Positions 24,258 to 36,358 of a stretch of DNA of 64,000 bases are shown here, piece by piece. A model generated the notes under the pieces. It saw only the letters and a list, made by a program, of their open reading frames with translations. It made no database searches and had not been told where the DNA came from. The DNA is from Balanoglossus misakiensis (Eukaryota; Animalia; Hemichordata). A program made the position numbers and the translations under genes. The stretch is from positions 5,820,699 through 5,884,698 of the forward strand of contig CM082581.2 in the NCBI GenBank assembly GCA_040954595.2, given 5' to 3'. Every line of letters begins with the position of its first letter. Position 1 is the first letter of the stretch.

Positions 24258-24820
24258 GTGAATCTGGGGTTAGAGGTGAAACCGGGCATCCTGGGAAAAT
24301 TGGTCCACAAGGTCCAAAGGGTGAGAGCGGTGAAAACGGGACTGATGGTGCTTCAGGTGGACCTGGAGTACCAGGGGTCAAGGGTCAGAAAGGTGAAACT
24401 GGCGAAGTGCAACAAGCAAAGGTGGCATTCACTGTGGGAAGGCATGATGGTTTAGAAGGGACCAGTTCTGAGCAAACTATCACGTATACTGATGACATAT
24501 TAAACGAAGGTGCAAATATCAATCTCGGTTCAGGTGTGTTTACCTGTGAGGTTCCTGGCATCTATTACTTCTCATTCACATTTCGTTCAAATTCCGGTAA
24601 ATTCATTGACGTACAACTTAGACAGAATGGTGTCGCCAAGTTTAAAATTTATCGCAGTAGCTATTCAGACTACACTTTGCAATCTCAGAGTGGTATGTTA
24701 CACCTGAACCGAGGTGATGAAGTCAAACTAGTGCTACCTGGTGGTACCAGATACAGATTTCTCTATTGTGGTGGTGCTCCCTGTAACACCTTCAGTGGGT
24801 TCCTTATCTATCCCGACTAA
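24258..24820 (+). CDS. Collagen-C1q copy 3, exon 3 (collagen + gC1q)
   Basis: tttag|GT GAA TCT. Intact frame to FSGFLIYPD*. Confidence 0.93.
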
Positions 24821-26100
24821 ACACCACAGTAAATTCATGTTATCCGCATATTAGAAAGTTGGGATCGTGTCCAGGTGGGTTATAATAATCGGTAATTTTA
24901 ATTTGAAAAAAAAGACATTCGAGTAGAGCTTCTTCAGTTTGATTAAAAGCCACTTTGCAACATCGCCTTTGACATTGTACAAATTAAAGTTAATTCAAAG
25001 AGAACAGTTAATTCAAAGAGAATTTTGCCTTATCCAAAAATTCCACGACCCACAAAGTTCTTTGATTACTTTGCTTCATTTCGTTAATAGTAAGTGTATA
25101 CTTTTAACAGATCCAAACGACCATCTTGTTAAGTTAGTGTGTGCCTCGAATATAAGCTTTGAACTTGTTCTCGTATTTTTTCACTTTACCTTTAAAACAA
25201 CAACCGACTTGGCGTTTACTTCACCATTATCATGGAGACACCAACCATGTCTCCACTTGCAAATTTTCTTATTAACTCTAAGTGAGCTGTAAGCCAAATA
25301 TGCTGGGTGATGAGAAATTGGAAATGTCAGACGAAACTTCGGAACTTTGTTTAAAACGGTGAAGTTGAAAATGTGATATTTGTGTGAAGAAAATTGTCTG
25401 AACACCCAAGCTTTGTCAATAGTATACGGGAGGAGGATGTTTTGGAGGGGAATTTTTAGTTGTGATAAAACGATTTCATATGTGTATCACTTGGTATCAT
25501 ATACCACATTCAATCTGAAGTTTTCAAAAACTGTCCAGTTAGATTACATATGTACCATATATCACTGGTTTTTACGAGATCCCGGCCTGTGTATGATTTA
25601 AAAATATTGTACCAGTTCGATCTCGTATCAAATTATCATTTTTGAGATCAGTCTTGAAGCAACACGCCACAACACAAAACAGTAAAGTACATCACCGTGT
25701 TCAGGGCGGTACGGTAAAAATGTGTCTTTGAAAATGAATTACTAGTAAGAAGCCAATTTCAAGAACAAATGCAATGAATAACGTTTAACTATCCTTATTG
25801 AAAACTCAGTGATTTTGGATTATTTTTGTGCAGAAGTACGTGGATTAAAACATGTGAAACGCTAGAAGTTGAACAGACGGGTCAATGTGTAATTGGAGGA
25901 GATAGATTGCCATTCAGCTGATAAATATTCACATGTTGGTGTGAATATATAGCGCCCTCTTTGACGACATGGGACTATACCCACGTAGCAAGGAATTCAA
26001 CGCGCAGAAGCAACTCTGCCAAATCCCCACTCACTTGAACTTTAACTGGGAATACGCCAGTGCTGTAACAGGGCCAGGCATTACTATCTACTTATACACT

Positions 26101-28460
26101 CCTGTCCGCTCAATATTTCCAGTAGTGTAATCTCTGGGGTTGGGATGTTTATCGTAGTGGATATTATAATTTCACGGCATAGGCCTACATGTATACCACC
26201 AGCATATTTCAGATCTGTGAAAACAAATATTCGGGTCGAGTCGCAAAGCCTGCTGAACCCTGTAGTGAACATACGCAGTTTTAATACCCCGTTTTACTTG
26301 GTGGCCCGCTTTTCTCGTGACGGACGATACTTGAAAAGAAAACCACATGCTGCTCGATCGATTCGGAAGTGTGGGAGTGCAGGGTAATAAATTTCAAACC
26401 CGTCAGTTGTGTACACCGAGAATAACTTATTGAAAAACTCTCCAGGATATATTTACTGGGGTGTACATTACATACATTTTCGATCAAAATTCCCATTTTC
26501 CCCCTAAAATGTACACGAATTTTGTAACAGGTCAAGGCACGAATGTCTATTATGCGGTGAGAATACACCACAGACACGCATACCACCAGGACTCTTTCAG
26601 ATCTTTGAAAACATATTAAATATATGCATACGGGTCCTGTCACAGAGCCTGATGTCCCCTGTAGTGACACCTACGCATTTTACCGATTTTTACTCAGAGT
26701 AACAATTGAGCATATGTTTGGGTTCAAGACATGCAAATTGTTTAGTTTTCTTCTGATAAAACTACATGTTGTATAAATAATGGAGTATAGATCTGACTCA
26801 TACATGTAGTAAATATCAAGCGAGTGATATGATCATTCTCATTCAAAGTAAACAAGTTATCGTGTATGAGAAACATGTACAACTGAAATATAACATACAT
26901 TTGTCCTTATTCACAGAATACATAAGTCAACAACGGTCTTCAGACCCACCAACGTGGCTGTAGGCAATAAAACTCCACACGTTCCATAGTTGCACGGCAT
27001 AAATGCTTACTGTGTCATATTTTATATATTTCGTAGTTTTAGCTTTACAGCGGGAGTTACATTTCCTAATAAATGAGCATACGCACACGGCAAATTTTTG
27101 TCGAACAATTTCCTGCAGACTTAATTTACTCTTTTTGAAATGGACATGTACAATAATTAACATTAGTAGCCAAAGCCTTTGATTTCATGGAAATCAATTC
27201 ACTGAGTGGTAGTTTTGAATCATTAATGACAACACTGTAGTCATTTTCTTCAGTATTTTTGACATAAAAAACAAGTAAATTTGTGAGACCAGCCAAGTAA
27301 TGAGTGTTGAACAGCGTTGTTTCCGGTACTTACACTATACCACTATATATTTTCAATATTTATTATATACACTTTCTTGTGTTGAATTGTAACTACTTAT
27401 ATCCTGTCCGCTCAATATTTCCAGTAGTGTAATCTCTGGGGTTGGGATGTTTATCGTAGTGGATATTATAATTACACGGCATAGGCCTACATGTATACCA
27501 TCAGCATATTTCAGATCTGTGAAAACAAATATTCGGGTCGAGTCGCAAAGCCTGCTGAACCCTGTAGTGAACATACGCAGTTGTAATACCCCGTTTTACT
27601 TGGTGGCCCGCTTTTCTCGTGACGGACGATACTTGAAAAGAAAACCACATGCTGCTCGATCGATTCGGAAGTGTGGGAGTACAGGGTAATAAATTTCAAA
27701 CCCGTCAACTGTGTACACTGAGAATAACTTATTGAAAAACTCTCCAGGATATATTTACTGGGGTGTACATTACATACATTTTCGATCAAAATTCCCATTT
27801 TTCCCTAAAATGTACACGAATCTTGTAACAGGTCAAGGCACGAATGTCTATTATGCGGTGAGAATACACCACAGACACGCATACCACCAGGACTCTTTCA
27901 GATCTTTGAAAACAATATTAAATATATGCATACGGGTCCTGTCACAGAGCCGGATGTCCCCTGTAGTGACACCTACGCATTTTACCGATTTTTACTCAGA
28001 GTAACAATTTAGCATATGTTCGGGTTTAAGACATGCAAGTTGTTTAGTTTTCTTTCGATAAAACTACTTGCTGTATAAATAATGGAGTATAGATCAGACT
28101 CATACATGTAGTAAATATCAAGCGAGTGATATGATCATTCTCATTCAAAGTAAACAAGTTATCGTGTATGAGAAACTTGTTTAATTACAACTGCAATATA
28201 TCATTACATTTGTCCTCATTCACAGAATACATGTGTATGTGCACATATGTCAACAACGGTCGTCAGACCCACCAACAATAAAACTCCACACGTTCCATAG
28301 TTTACACGGCATAAATGCTTATTGTGTCATATTTTATATATTTCGTAGTTTTAGCTTTACAACGGGAGTTACATTTCCTACGCACACGGCAAATATTTGT
28401 CGAACAATTTCCTGTAGACTTAATTACTCTTTTTGAAATGGGCATGTACAATAATTAACA
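26101..28460 (+). repeat. ~1.06 kb direct duplication (26101-27163 and ~27403-28460)
   Basis: cctgtccgctcaatatttcc ... acaataattaacat occurs twice, with small indels. Confidence 0.9.
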
Positions 28461-29941
28461 TAAGTAATGATTTTTAAATAACTTTTTGACTTTATTTCTC
28501 TGTTGGATATAATAAGAATAGTGTATAAAAATAGGTAACTGTTGGCTTCAAACGCATTGTCCTGAACGTCGAGCTACCGTTGCGAAGATATTGGGTGAGT
28601 ACCAAATTATTGATATCTGCAAAAAACGTTTTCGGAATTATTGTGTGCAAGAGTCATGGCTCCGGACATTTTGTTCCTGTCATAGAGTTATCTCGGACCA
28701 TTCACATGATGTTGTAGTACAATTGACATGTATAACAATGATGCGTAGCAATCCCTGGCCTGTGCGTGTCTACGTCTGGGTAATTTGCCTACTGTACATC
28801 CAGTCTTTTGTGTATGTTTGCTGAAATGTACAGTATAGGGTATTTGGCGGGCTCGTCTTAGGGACATCTACAGCTAGAGTCCCATTTGCGAAACATGTTT
28901 TTTTCCAGCGTCAATAACACAGCTGTGTCATCACTACTGCAGTTGAATGTTGTGATACGAGTCACTACAGTATCCATATTGCCGGCACGTGTTTTGTTCG
29001 AACTATGGTTAATACACAGAACAAAACTACTGGAAAATAAGTGCTTTTGAGATTATATACTTTAAAATTATGAAAAAAGAGAACATTATACTTCTGCGCA
29101 ATTAGTATTTCGGTGCATTGGAAAAAACAACCTTTTGAAGTCGATCTCCCTCCTGCAAGTGTATATTACGTACATTTCAATATGTTTTAATCATGTTTTC
29201 CCTTAGTAATCCATTGCTGTGAGAGCTTTATAAAAGGACGTGAATACAAAAACAGTCGAAGTTCTGAGAAGAGACAGCAGTACGCGTAGAAGATTAATTT
29301 TGAAGATTACACTCAGCTTAAGGTATTTAATGCTTTCTTCCGAAAAGTAGAACTCATGTACAACCGCTTTTCACGATGCTTACGTTCAACGCGATTGAAA
29401 GTTATTTAGAGAGGACATTTCGTGATGTAGTACAGTGCCCAATGATATGTTATCCCTATGTACTCAATTCAGTTATCAATAACAGCTGGGGTGGAATGGC
29501 AAACTCCGGGGCGGGAGGGGGTCTGTTTAATACACACAGGGGTTAGATCGACTGGATATTTCAACAACTGGTGGTCTTCTTTGTCAGATACTAAAGAAAA
29601 TATAACAGTGCCACGAATTCTTGCAATTTAGGCGCACATTGTTAGTCCCATATCCAATTTTTACTCTGAGGGACTTTACTGTATGCGACATAAATTTATT
29701 CCGATTCTGGATTAACGTTTGAATCTTTTAAGTTAAACGTTTCGTGGTAGCATTTTGAGGCCTTTTTTATGAATAACATTACGCATTTAATGGAACTGTT
29801 CGCTTATTGTATGTCTTTTTATTTCTGCCCATGTATTCTGCTCTTGGCTGTGATCCGTCATGATACTGCAGGTATTCGCTCAAACTGGAGAACTGCCTTT
29901 GTAATTACATTGTACCTACTGATTTTAAATTTTTTTTCAGC

Positions 29942-30122
29942 ATGGCTAAAATCGCTTTTGTGCTGCTGTTCGTATTCGTGAGAACATGCGTTTCGCAAAA
30001 CACTAGTGTAGAGCATCAGTGCCTCAGTATTTGTACGGAGTCATGGCCGGATACAAGAGGACCAGTTGGACCACCAGGCCTCCCAGGGACACCCGGCATT
30101 TCCGGTCCAGTTGGAAGACAGG
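29942..30122 (+). CDS. Collagen-C1q copy 4, coding exon 1; product about 263 aa
   Basis: tttttttcag|C ATG GCT AAA. Diverged signal peptide MAKIAFVLLFVFVRTCVSQ. Donor G|gtaaga. Confidence 0.9.
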
Positions 30123-30432
30123 GTAAGACTGATCCCCGAACAAATGATTTTTATGTTACAGAGAGTTTAGGAAAAACTTGACGCAAATAAACATCCATGA
30201 ATTGCTTACTTACTAAATTGGGTGTGTTCATAAATTTACCATTTTTTGCCCGAAACACCTTTATTTAGTCAAACGGTTTTCAATGTGTGGCTACACGAAA
30301 AAAATGCGCCATGGTCATTCGTGGGCTCAGACATACCCCTTTGGCCATATATAGGCATATGTAAATAAGAGCTGGTTGTAATCCTTTAAAACGATGGGAG
30401 TGGTAATTGTTGAAGCCTCTCCCACTTTGTAG

Positions 30433-31043
30433 GTCTGCCTGGTGTGATTGGTCCCGTTGGTACTCAAGGGGTGAAAGGTGAACCTGGCGAGAAAGGTGAA
30501 ACTGGGCGTCCTGGGAAAATTGGTCCACAAGGTCCAAAGGGTGAGAGCGGTGAAAATGGGACTGATGGTACTACAGGTGGACCTGGAGTACCAGGGGTCA
30601 AAGGTCAGAAAGGTGAAACTGGCGAAGTGCAACAAGCTACTAAGGTGGCATTCACTGTGGCAAGGAAGACTGGTTTAGAAGGGACCAGTTCTGATCAAAC
30701 TATCACGTATACTAGTGCCATATTAAAAACAGGTGAAAATATCAATCTCGGTTCAGGTGTGTTTACCTGTGAGGTTCCTGGCATCTATTACTTCTCGTTC
30801 ACATTCCGTTCATATTCCGGCAAATACATTGGTGTAGAACTTAAACGGAATGGTGTCGCCATGTTTAGAATTTATCGCGGTAGCTATTCAGACTACACTT
30901 TGCAATCTCAGAGTGGTATGTTACACCTGAACCGAGGTGATCAAGTCAAACTAGTGCTACGTGGTAGTACCAATTACAGATTTTCCTATTGTAGTAGTAC
31001 TCCCTGTAACACCTTCAGTGGGTTCCTAATCAATGCCGACTAA
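30433..31043 (+). CDS. Collagen-C1q copy 4, fused exon 2+3 (no second intron; uninterrupted collagen + gC1q)
   Basis: ttgtag|GT CTG CCT ... GGC GAG AAA GGT GAA ACT GGG CGT CCT GGG AAA ... FSGFLINAD*. Confidence 0.93.
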
Positions 31044-31628
31044 ACACCACAGTAAATTCATGTTATCCGCATATTAGAAAGTTGGGATCGTGTCCAGGTG
31101 GGTTATAATAATCGGTAATTTTAATTTGAAAAAAAAAGACTTTCGAGTAGAGCTTCTTCAGTTTGATTAAAAGCCACTTTGCAACATCGCCTTTGACATT
31201 GTACAAAGAATAAAGTTATTTAAAAGAGAATAGTTAATTAAAAGAGAATTTTGTCTTATCCAAAAATTCCACGACCCACAAAGTTCTTTGATTACTTTGC
31301 TTCATTTCGTTAATAGTAAGTGTATACTTTTAACAGATCCAAACGACCATCTTGTTAAGTTAGTGTGTGCCTCGAATATAAGCTTTGAACTTGTTCTCGT
31401 ATTTTTTCACGGTACCTTTAAAATTGGGTTTCACCGCGAAAAACTAAACAGAGAGCGAGCCAAATTGTCTAAAATTTGAAATCCAAAATGGCCGCCAATC
31501 ACTGCATTAAGTCTAAGGGGAAAACTTAATAAAGTAGTGATTTGTGTGAAAATGAGATGGTGAACACCCAATTTATTTTTTTAAAATAGACTTCGTATTT
31601 TACTATAGCACACAAGTGAAAGATTTAA

Positions 31629-31884
31629 GGTAGATGACTACTCAAAAGTTATAATATTGTCATTTTTCTGACGAATTCCGATGCTATTGTTTTCCCATGG
31701 TGAAAATATTGGAATATCTCCTTCACAAAATCAAGCGCAGAGACGTTTGAAAGTACTCCTCTTTTGGCACCCTTTTGTGAAAATTTCAAGAAAATGACGA
31801 TATTGTAACACTGTTTTATCAACATTCTACATGTTAGGCTGTGGAATGTGATAACCATGCACTGCATCTGGGTAGTCATCTACC
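31629..31884. mobile_element. TTAA-flanked MITE (Kolobok-like), paralog of 19058-19314
   Basis: TTAA|GGTAGATGACTAC ... GTAGTCATCTACC|TTTA. Confidence 0.65.
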
Positions 31885-34395
31885 TTTAAGTTAATTGACT
31901 GTCATTTGTTTTCTTCTGAAACTCTGTCTCCGAGGCGCGTACCACCTTAACAAGTGCATGTTCTTTCTTTCTGAATATTGCTTCAACTGTTACAGTTCTG
32001 ATGCAAAGATTGATGTGGTCTACTACAGAAAACGAGGCAGTCTTAAGACTATTGCATCGGAGAGGTTGTGTTTCAGTTTACCAATGAATGTAGCTTGTAT
32101 TAATCTGTAAGTTGCTAATCATGCAAATAAAAACACGGAATGAAACAACAACCGACTTAGCGTTTACTTCACCATTGTCAAGGAGACATCAACCATGTCT
32201 CCACTTGGAAATTTTCATGATCTTAACAATATTGTACCAGTTCGAACTCGCATCAAATCAAGTCAATATTAATTTCGAAATATACATCCTCAATGTTGAG
32301 GATATGCTGTGATTTGTACTGTTATTTCTATGCTTCAACTGTCTTCAAATGATAATTACTGATTGGGGCCCTATTCCAATTTAGGGCAACTGTCTGCCCT
32401 TGTGTTTCGTGCGAATAGCGCCACCCTCGACGAATTTGTCTGTTCCCGCGTAAGTGAAATTGCAAATCGTTATCTGAAAAAGCGCCACCATTGTGACACA
32501 ACCACCAAAATACATGTGTAACAGATTTTTAAAGTTTCAGGCGTTGTCTTCTTCACTGCGCCCTCTAGAAAAGTTGAATACTTCGTCGCAACGGCCTGTA
32601 CATTATCAATCAACAAGAGGAACGTTTTCACTTGGAGACATTGCACTTTGAATTGTCCCGTGCTCGTAAAAGCAGATGAACATCAAGAAAAGATAATTCG
32701 AGTAAAACAATGTTTCACAATTTTGAATAGGTTACTATAAATCAAATCTGAAAGCCCAGATTTGTTTGAAGTTTTATGACCCTAATGACCTTGACGGCAG
32801 TATCAAGCCGCCTTTATTGAACCACACCCTCTTCTTAAATCAGCGATACATTTGGAATCCGAGCGCATTAATTAATTGATCGGGATTTATTATTGATGAA
32901 ACTCCTTGCAAATTTTCAAATAAGTAACATAGATAAATGTAAATGCAAATGGTTTGCTTAGAGATTTCCGCAACAAACATGTAGAACTTTCGATTGTTAA
33001 ATATTTCGCGCCAAAACTTTTAGCGGACCATCATATTGATCGCAATTAAAAGTTAACGGGCATGGTTGTATTCTAACAAAAGGGCTATACGGCCGAGACG
33101 ATAGTAACAACATTAAAAAAAAGCCCGCTTATGTCTCGAGGAGACAATAACGATTCTCACATTAGAGCTACTTACTTCGGCATATTTCGTGTCGGAACGA
33201 GTTGGCTGAAAAGCCAATAGGTAATTCATTAGCTTAATTTATTGTTTATGATGTTGTTGATTGTGTCATGTTTCGCGGAGTCTGATGACCTCTGACCCGG
33301 CAAAGAAAAGGAACAATGGGCGAAATAAAGTTTTTACGACCAGCACTAACCAAGTCTTCCCTTTTGAAGTAAATCAAAATTATCTCCTCAACGGTACATC
33401 GCCCCATTCTCCATTGTGGTGGCTCCGGTAATGCCAACACGGTCTCCGGGGGGAAAGCATTTCTTGCCGATCTGTTATTTGTAATATTCCGCCTCCTTGT
33501 TTGCTCCTTGACATATTGCTGACGTCGAGGTTTGCGAGGTCCACACAACCGAACAACATCAAAACAATTTGGCGGCGATTTTTACACTTTCTATGGCGGC
33601 TAAGAAAAGAGCCTTGGAAATAGATGGTCCGGGGGAACGGCGTGGAACGGTCTGAGGACATGGCCCGTGACGGAGAACACGTTACTGCTCAAACCGTTAG
33701 CAACCAAGACAAAAAAGCTGGTGTTTATAACAGTGCAAACCGCAAACCACTTGAGAACTGGATCCAACATGATAGGCCATGGTCTCGACAAAAAAAAAAA
33801 CGTCGCATCACTTTGATTAAAAGCTGGCGACGAATCTCCATCTATCATCTTAAAATGGCTTCAGTCCATCCATCATTATTTATCTTTAACTTTCTTTAGC
33901 TGGGAATAACAGCGATAGGGATCGCGCCTTGAACCACTTTCTTTTTCTTTGTAGACAGAAATGCGTGACAATAAGCTACATCTAAAAGGTTTCATGTTGT
34001 CCGTCTCACGGCGAAGTGTCGGTTAATTGTCAATTTCAACACTAAACCACCACTACCAGTTTAAACATGCATTGCTTTTGAATTAAGCGAACTATTCGCA
34101 AGAAACCGAAAACGCCAACCTTCCTATGTATATTACCAATATATTTGATTTTCTGTTTACTTTTTACTGAACACATGCGTGGTACACACAATTTTCTACA
34201 CAGATCCATGCGGCCTGCTGTATCTTGGGAACAAGTCAGGAAATTACATGTACATCAAATTTACCGATAGCTTGTTAGTTTTATTGTAATAGCAGACATT
34301 GGCGGGCCATTCGGAAAGCATATGATGATGTAATGTGAAGTAATAAATTTAGATTAAAAGCCTTAAAGCTTCACAAAGGCAGGCTGGCTGGCTTA

Positions 34396-34823
34396 TACAG
34401 CCGAAATTATGAAAGGTCGCCGATTCAATATGTGATCTAGACGTCCTGTGTGCACTGAACACACGATGTGTTTATCTAACACAAACAACAGAACCTCTCA
34501 TAAAAGAGATGCGGTATCATTAGACTAATTACAGATGGTAGTCTGGAAACACGCTCCCCCTCAGAGAGAGTTGTTTACTTGGGTACACTCTCAACATAAA
34601 GCGTATACACTTTGAGATTAAACTTTGACATCGTACCCAAGTAAACAACTCTCTCTGAGGGGGAGCGTGTTTCCAGACTACCATCTGTAATTAGTCTAAT
34701 GATACCGCATCTCTTTTATGAGAGGTTCTGTTGTTTGTGTTAGATAAACACATCGTGTGTTCAGTGCACACAGGACGTCTAGATCACATATTGAATCGGC
34801 GACCTTTCATAATTTCGGCTGTA
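34396..34823. repeat. Perfect long inverted repeat (191 bp arms, 46 bp spacer)
   Basis: 34396-34586 is the reverse complement of 34633-34823. The core 34539-34680 has TAGTCTGGAAAC...GTTTCCAGACTA ends. Confidence 0.95.
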
Positions 34824-36074
34824 GCTATGCACGTATGCATTGTTTAGTCTGTCTGCCTGCTTCAGAACGTATCTGTCTGTCTGTCTGTCTTTCTGTCTGT
34901 CTGTGTATTATGTGTGTATGTATGTGTATGCATGTCGATAGCTCGCTCATTGTCGTTCCCTAGCCAGAACACAAGTTGGTCACACCACTAGGCAATAGCT
35001 CACGTCACTATCACTGTTCCCCCCATCGGGGGAAATAGTCACTCTATTTTGTCACGTGAGTTTTCTGGCCAAACATGGCCTGAAAATGCTATTTGCTATA
35101 ATATCAACTGTTTGATATGTACATGTATATACTAGTAATTGTGCTAATGGATACTAACCATTGATCAAGCTCGATGTGCTGTGCATGTTAAATGTTACAA
35201 GCGCGCGCAGCGAGAAACAGTTCATCGGTGACTGGATTAATTCTTCTTTGAATGTTGTTTTGTAGACAGAAACTCACACGCAACCTACTGTTATCCAACC
35301 GCCTTCACGGGTCGTTTCAACTAAATATCTGGCATGGCGTAGGGAATAGGACGCGCGATCACCTACTTGCCAGAAAGCCTGACAAGTTTTCAATTGAAGC
35401 ATTTGGAGCCATTACTGGAGTTAACTGCGTGTTTTAATTCATATGTCATTCGGGCAGTCTACTTCTTAAAGTACGAAAAATATGCCGCGCGCGAGGTTCA
35501 ATAAACTGTGCCCACAACGCTACCCCGTGCGAGAAAGACCCCGATAGAATAACGTCAGAATACGTGAAAAGGAATGACCCCCCTCACAAGAGGGAGGGGA
35601 GATCTATCTTCTTAAACTGCCCTTAATACAGTCGATAACAGACATATAAAACGGTGCTATTCACCTGTCCGAAACTAACGGCTTTCGGTGAACTAGGTGT
35701 GGTGCCTGGGGGCGACCTGCGGTTACCTCCCAGGCCCTTTCTCAGGCGTCCATAACATGCACGAGTGCGCCGGCTATTACCCTCGTATTCTTAGCCATCC
35801 AGCTTTATTTTGGATCTTCATGATTAATGCATGAGAAATGGTGGGCAATCCGCACTCCCACGATTTGGCATTGTCACAGGTATTCCAGAGAAACGTGGCG
35901 GCGTGTCAAACCCCTAAGGCTTGGGAACCGTTAACTATTTGTCGTCACCCAAGCGAGCAGACACTTGCACTGGGCGACGAGAACTGAAAAAAATGACGGA
36001 ACTGATAAGATAAGACAAAACAATATTGTTTAAAAAGTAAATGAAGAATGCGGGTACAGATACTGTGACAGAGG

Positions 36075-36188
36075 CAGACAGACAGACAGACATACATACA
36101 GACAGACAGACAGACAGACAGACAGGCAGACAGACAGACAGACAGACGGATAGGCAGGCGGGTGGTGGGGCGGACGGACGGACGGACG

Positions 36189-36242
<54 letters not shown>

Positions 36243-36288
36243 TAGATGGATGGATATATAGATAGACAGACAGATAGATAGATACATG

Positions 36289-36358
<70 letters not shown>
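36075..36358. repeat. Compound microsatellite (GACA)n/(GGAC)n/(GATA)n
   Basis: Visible tetranucleotide runs. Confidence 0.95.

Noticed and set aside
174-32646. Possibility that the four C1q copies are assembly-duplicated alleles
   Set aside because: Copies differ by many substitutions, private TE insertions and intron structure, and four versions exceed two haplotypes. Read depth would be the formal test.
35260-35380. Possible reverse-strand tRNA/SINE-like segment
   Set aside because: No cloverleaf or clear A/B boxes could be built.
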